Below are positions 23,381 through 27,326 of a stretch of 27,326 bases of DNA, piece by piece. The position numbers were made by a program, and so were the translations under genes. The notes below the pieces were generated by a model, which was given only the letters and a program-made list of their open reading frames with translations, was not told where the DNA came from and ran no database searches. This DNA is from a virus (Duplodnaviria > Caudoviricetes). The DNA lies in the IMG/VR virus record IMGVR_UViG_3300008453_005040, positions 1 through 27,326 of that record. One strand, 5' to 3'. Position 1 is the first letter of the stretch. Each line of letters opens with the position of its first letter.

Positions 23381-23811
23381 CAGTCCTCCTCGCGCTGTTG
23401 TTGGACGCGCTCCCATACTGCTAGCTGCCGTCTTGCCCACGCCCGCCCCGGTGCTCCGCCCCAAAGATCCCACGCGATACGTCCGGCGCTCGGATAGTCC
23501 GGGTGCCCTGGCTTCGCTGCCGGCGCGTCCAGGTCGCGCTCGTGCCGCGTGAAGTAAGCGACCATTCGTTTAACGGTTTCAATGCTCACGACTTCGCGGC
23601 CTGCGAGCTGCGAAGCACGGCGAGCTCCAACCAGCGTCCCGCCGCGGTTGTACTTCTCGCGGTTAGCGAGGCCACGCTTGGCGACTGCCGCTACCTCGAC
23701 AGGCGCGCGCAGCTCAAAGCCCATGGCGCGCTCGTCGCGCAGGAAGCGCCGGTAAACCGCCGGGGCCTCGCGCTTCAGATAGTCGCGCTGGCGCTCGCTA
23801 ATGAATGGCAT
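23380..23811 (-). CDS. head-region protein with IAWxLWGG motif, function unknown
   Basis: 143 aa; GGTLVGARRASQL...ETVKRMVAYFTRHE...SAGRIAWDLWGGAPGRAW; GGAG RBS. Confidence 0.75.
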   Translation of the reverse strand: MPFISERQRDYLKREAPAVYRRFLRDERAMGFELRAPVEVAAVAKRGLANREKYNRGGTLVGARRASQLAGREVVSIETVKRMVAYFTRHERDLDAPAAKPGHPDYPSAGRIAWDLWGGAPGRAWARRQLAVWERVQQQREED

Positions 23812-25512
23812 TCATTCGCCCTCGCCGTCGTCTTCCTCTTCGTGGATCTCCACTTCCGCTTCTACCTTTGGCCCGAGCCCCAGGTAGCCGCGGGCCTCGC
23901 GGAGGCTCTCGATCACGGCAGCGATCACAGCCGCGTTGGCCTCGTCGAGCTCCAGGGCACCAAGCGCCTCCTCGGCAGCGTCGAGCTCCTCGGCGACTTC
24001 GTCCATAGCTTCCGCGTGAGCGTCGGATACTTCGGCGACGGGCGCCGCTTCCGCGACTTCTTTCGTTCCTTCTTCCCGTGGAGGCGGCGCCTTGCTCATG
24101 GCGTCCATCGCCGCGAGGCGAGCGGCGGCATCCTGTTCGCTCATGTTGCCGAAGAAGCGGAGGGCCTCCACGCGGTCCATGAGGCCGGCTTCCATCATGG
24201 CGAGCACGTGCTCGCGCCTGCCTCGGAGTTCCTCGCTGGACAGAGGCACCTCGCGGTAGAGGACAGAGTACCCGCCCTCCGGAAAGCTCGTTCCCATCGC
24301 TCGGTTGTAAATGATGGCGGACTTCTGTACGAGTTCCTCGTCAGCCCTCCGCATTTGCATCACGTATTTCCTTTGCGCCGAACGCTTACCCTCGGCGGAG
24401 AGACTGATCGCATACCCGCTCTTCGCGCTTCCGCTCGTGCGCTGAAGCTCCGTTGGCGAGAGGCCCGCATCCGTAGCCAAGCGATGGGCGCAAGCTGCGA
24501 TGACGCTTTCCAATTTTTCCACGTCCGAACCGGCGGAAAATTGTCCTACTTGTGGCTGCTGTTCCATTGCAGCATCCAACATTAGGATCGTGGTCGGGTC
24601 GCTCACGACCTCCACGCGGGCGCCTCGTCCGTTCCCGTCCGCGAGGTCGGTTCCCGCCACGCGCACGCCAATCGCCCAGCGCTGGGGGTAGGAAGCGTCC
24701 CGCATGCTGTGCGAAAGAAAGCTGTAAAAAACGCTCAAGTTCAGCGAACCTTCGTAACCCTCGATCCCGTAGTACGGATCGAACAGGCGATCCCCATAGG
24801 CGCTCGCGTGGTACAGCACCACAGGAAGGATCGGCGTTCCGTCCGCGCGGCGGTAGGGGTACGCCTCTCCGCTGAAGTATCCGCCGAGCACCTCCAGGGT
24901 CATATCCTCACCGAAGTGCGACGTTCCATCCTGAACCTTCCGGACCTCGTACCGGGGGGCCTCCGGGTCGCGGATGTCGAGGACATCCCAGCACCAAACA
25001 TGCTCCCCACGCAGACGGCGTAGGCGCAGCTCGGCGAACGCCTTAGGAACCGTTGGCCGGCTAGGGTCCGACTCGGCGATTGTCGTGTCAGGCGTGACGG
25101 GACGGTACACGAGGCGCCCATCCTCCACATCGATCCGCATCCACATCTCGCGCAGCGCGATGGTCAGCGACTGAAAGCGAGCCATCATGGGCCACAAGCC
25201 GGAGCGTGCGATGAGCCCATCCGTCGCGCACAGCTCCGGAACGTCCCCAGCCGTGTGATGCTTCACGTCAGGCTCGGCGTCGTAGAGCGTGGCAAGCTCC
25301 GTGCAAATCACCTTGTACGGGTTGCTAGACATGTCCGGGATACCCCACGCCATGCGGCGGGTCGTCCCAAGCTGCGCCTCCAGGCGATCTTCAAGCAGGC
25401 GCTGCCATCGCCCTTCCATCAACGCGCGGCGATGCCTCGTATGCTCCCAGCGCGCGGCGTCTTCGGGGTTGCTCGGAGCGGGAGGAATTGGCATCTGGCC
25501 GTAAGCGAACAT
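23812..25512 (-). CDS. portal protein
   Basis: 566 aa directly after TerL; NPYKVICTELATLY, LPVVLYH, SGYAISL patterns of SPP1-gp6-like portals; acidic C-terminal extension. Confidence 0.85.
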   Translation of the reverse strand: MFAYGQMPIPPAPSNPEDAARWEHTRHRRALMEGRWQRLLEDRLEAQLGTTRRMAWGIPDMSSNPYKVICTELATLYDAEPDVKHHTAGDVPELCATDGLIARSGLWPMMARFQSLTIALREMWMRIDVEDGRLVYRPVTPDTTIAESDPSRPTVPKAFAELRLRRLRGEHVWCWDVLDIRDPEAPRYEVRKVQDGTSHFGEDMTLEVLGGYFSGEAYPYRRADGTPILPVVLYHASAYGDRLFDPYYGIEGYEGSLNLSVFYSFLSHSMRDASYPQRWAIGVRVAGTDLADGNGRGARVEVVSDPTTILMLDAAMEQQPQVGQFSAGSDVEKLESVIAACAHRLATDAGLSPTELQRTSGSAKSGYAISLSAEGKRSAQRKYVMQMRRADEELVQKSAIIYNRAMGTSFPEGGYSVLYREVPLSSEELRGRREHVLAMMEAGLMDRVEALRFFGNMSEQDAAARLAAMDAMSKAPPPREEGTKEVAEAAPVAEVSDAHAEAMDEVAEELDAAEEALGALELDEANAAVIAAVIESLREARGYLGLGPKVEAEVEIHEEEDDGEGE

Positions 25513-25523
25513 GTGACCCCCTG

Positions 25524-26912
25524 TTACCCGAGCCTAACCGTCTGCGGCTGATACAGGCGCCTAGTATACAGTTCCAACGTGTAGCGCAGGGCGTCGATGG
25601 AGTGTTTGTGCTCGCTGGCCTCGCGCCCGTCGAACTTCTGGAAGTCCTCGATGAGCCCACGGCATCGCGGGTTGATCGTGAATTCTCCGCGCAGCATCGC
25701 CGCGGAAAGTATCCGGTAACCCTCAAAAACTGATCCGCGTGGCTTATGAGCGACGTGAATTCGGAAGGGTAGGCTTCCGGTCGGAAGCTTCAGCGCGCGC
25801 TCAAATGCTGACATGAGCATCGCGTTTGACTTAAGACTGCCGTTCTTCTTCCCGTACACCTTGCGGTCGCCAACCCAGCGATCCACATTCTCCCAGCGCA
25901 GGCCACATCGGCGCAGCATGCCAAGGATAGCGGCGGCATCTTGATCGGGCGTCGTCATGCCGTCGCTCACGACCTGATCCAGCACCCAGAAACGCGGGTG
26001 CCCCTCGCCCGCATCCCGCACGAGCGCCGTGAGGATCGCCACCTGTGCGCCGGCCTCGGTGCCGTGGTCGATGCCCACGCCGATCAGCGCCTCTCCAGCT
26101 GGCGCGTCTGCCTTCACATGCACGGCAGGATCGAACATCTTGAACACGCGACCCTCGGTCCATCCAGAGTCCCACTCGCCGTGGATGCGCTGGGCCACCT
26201 CCTGGGGGAGGATCTGCGACGTGAGCTTGTCTATGTCCGCCTGCGTCAGAAGCGGGCGCCCACCGATCGGCGTCGTGTTCTCCACCGTGAGCGGGAAGTG
26301 CAGATCCTGCACGGCCCCATCCTCGACGAGCTTCTTGAGCCATCCCAGCGGCATGCCAATGGGCGTGAGCGTGATCGCGATGCGCCCTCGCTGGCGCAAC
26401 ACACGCGCAGCCAGCTCTGACCAAATCTCCTCCGGGGGGGGCTCGTCGATCAGCACGTAGTCAATTGTTGACCCAGCGAGACTGAGAGCGCCTTGATTCA
26501 CAGTTCGGATGCGGAGGACCGAACCGTTCTTGAACCGGACGATAGGCACCTTGCCGCGGAAGCCTTTGCCCGGCGTGTACTCGCACTCCGGGTCAATCGC
26601 ATCCTTCGGCAGCAGGTTCCAGAGCTTGCCCTGAATGGAAAGGCTCTGCTCCCAGCTGACGACAACGACCCAAGCCTCGATAGGCGCAGCCTTCACGAGC
26701 GTGTGCGGGTGCGACCCCAGGCAGCGATAGATGCAGTCGGCGAGGCCAGCCCAGGTCTTGCCGAGCTGGTTCCCCGCCCGCAGTAGCCGGATGGGATGGT
26801 TGCTCTGCAGGAAGGCCAGCTGCGGAGGCGTAGGCCGGAAGTAGGCAAGTGGGTCAGCATGCGCCCGACGCGCCAGCGCGTTCGATGCCGTGGCCAGAGC
26901 GGAGAGGTTCAG
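25524..26912 (-). CDS. terL: terminase large subunit (462 aa if started at CTG 26912)
   Basis: Walker A RAGNQLGKT (upstream of ORF-track start), Walker B YVLIDEPP, coupling motif TLTP, nuclease GIDHG and HSIDALRY. Confidence 0.95.
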   Translation of the reverse strand: MNLSALATASNALARRAHADPLAYFRPTPPQLAFLQSNHPIRLLRAGNQLGKTWAGLADCIYRCLGSHPHTLVKAAPIEAWVVVVSWEQSLSIQGKLWNLLPKDAIDPECEYTPGKGFRGKVPIVRFKNGSVLRIRTVNQGALSLAGSTIDYVLIDEPPPEEIWSELAARVLRQRGRIAITLTPIGMPLGWLKKLVEDGAVQDLHFPLTVENTTPIGGRPLLTQADIDKLTSQILPQEVAQRIHGEWDSGWTEGRVFKMFDPAVHVKADAPAGEALIGVGIDHGTEAGAQVAILTALVRDAGEGHPRFWVLDQVVSDGMTTPDQDAAAILGMLRRCGLRWENVDRWVGDRKVYGKKNGSLKSNAMLMSAFERALKLPTGSLPFRIHVAHKPRGSVFEGYRILSAAMLRGEFTINPRCRGLIEDFQKFDGREASEHKHSIDALRYTLELYTRRLYQPQTVRLG

Positions 26913-27274
26913 GCAGACTCCACGAGGCGCATAGGCACGCCTCCACGCCGGATGGCGATTGCATCCTCCAGGCGCTCCAGATGCTGAGCGGGAAGGGCAG
27001 CGATCGCCTGGACCATGATCGCCATAAGCTGCTCGTCGCTCATGCTGTCGTCGGGCGCATTCGCCTTCGCAAGCGCGGCGTCTAGTTCGTCGCGCGTCTG
27101 AAGCGCGAGGCGCTTTGCGCTCACCGCGGCCTGCCAGCTGCGCGCCTGCTCGGCCTGCGTCACCAGCTCTTCGGCCTGCTGGAGCGCCTGACGCAAATAG
27201 TCCACGCGGTCGATCGTGTCCGGAAGCTTTCCGTAGTGCGGGCGCTCGCGTGGGCGTCGGCGTTCGGTTGGCAT
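26909..27274 (-). CDS. putative terminase small subunit
   Basis: 121-aa helical protein with SMSDEQL motif, AAGGGG RBS, stop overlaps TerL start; positional call. Confidence 0.6.
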   Translation of the reverse strand: MPTERRRPRERPHYGKLPDTIDRVDYLRQALQQAEELVTQAEQARSWQAAVSAKRLALQTRDELDAALAKANAPDDSMSDEQLMAIMVQAIAALPAQHLERLEDAIAIRRGGVPMRLVESA

Positions 27275-27326
27275 TTCGGCCCCTTATTTTGCTGTCAAGG
27301 TTGAATGAGAGAGCGCGAAAGTCGAG

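Noticed and set aside
27293-27298. Perfect TTGACA upstream of terS as its -35 box
   Set aside because: A -10 at 17 nt would overlap the terS ATG and is non-consensus, so it cannot drive terS from that start
1-27326. Stop-codon reassignment or diversity-generating retroelement
   Set aside because: Genes tile cleanly in the standard code using TAA, TAG and TGA stops; no reverse transcriptase or TR/VR pair was noticed

Overview
This window looks like an essentially complete, compact (~27.3 kb), high-GC, long-tailed dsDNA phage genome opened at or near its packaging site. Reading the minus strand from the right end, it carries: TerS-like gene, TerL, portal, a 143-aa head-region protein, scaffold, major capsid, neck proteins, tail tube, a -1-frameshifted tail chaperone, an HK97-gp10-like protein, tape measure, tail-tip and fibre genes, and a lysis cassette with an M15 peptidase endolysin. 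A short plus-strand operon (ERF annealase, DnaQ-like exonuclease, two hypotheticals) diverges from a minus-strand early operon. That operon holds a Cro-like HTH, RusA, a multi-HTH protein, a minimal C5-methyltransferase, a replication initiator with six internal iterons, and SSB. I found no integrase, second (CI-like) repressor, partition genes, DNA polymerase, tRNA or CRISPR. The SSB resembles Myxococcota/Deltaproteobacteria SSBs, a tentative host hint. The most unusual signals are non-coding or translational. (1) The divergent control region is an imperfect palindrome from start codon to start codon. (2) A structured leader at 2796-2906 has a loop and bulge complementary to the downstream ribosome-binding region, reminiscent of C4/CI antisense RNAs. 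(3) An identical 19-nt RBS cassette follows both the capsid and tail-tube genes, each with a complementary sequence at the upstream stop codon. (4) A four-hairpin element sits at the convergence of the two operons. (5) TerL can only include its Walker A motif by starting at CTG or by frameshifting from TerS. All functional calls come from by-eye motif recognition and gene order; no searches or folding programs were run.
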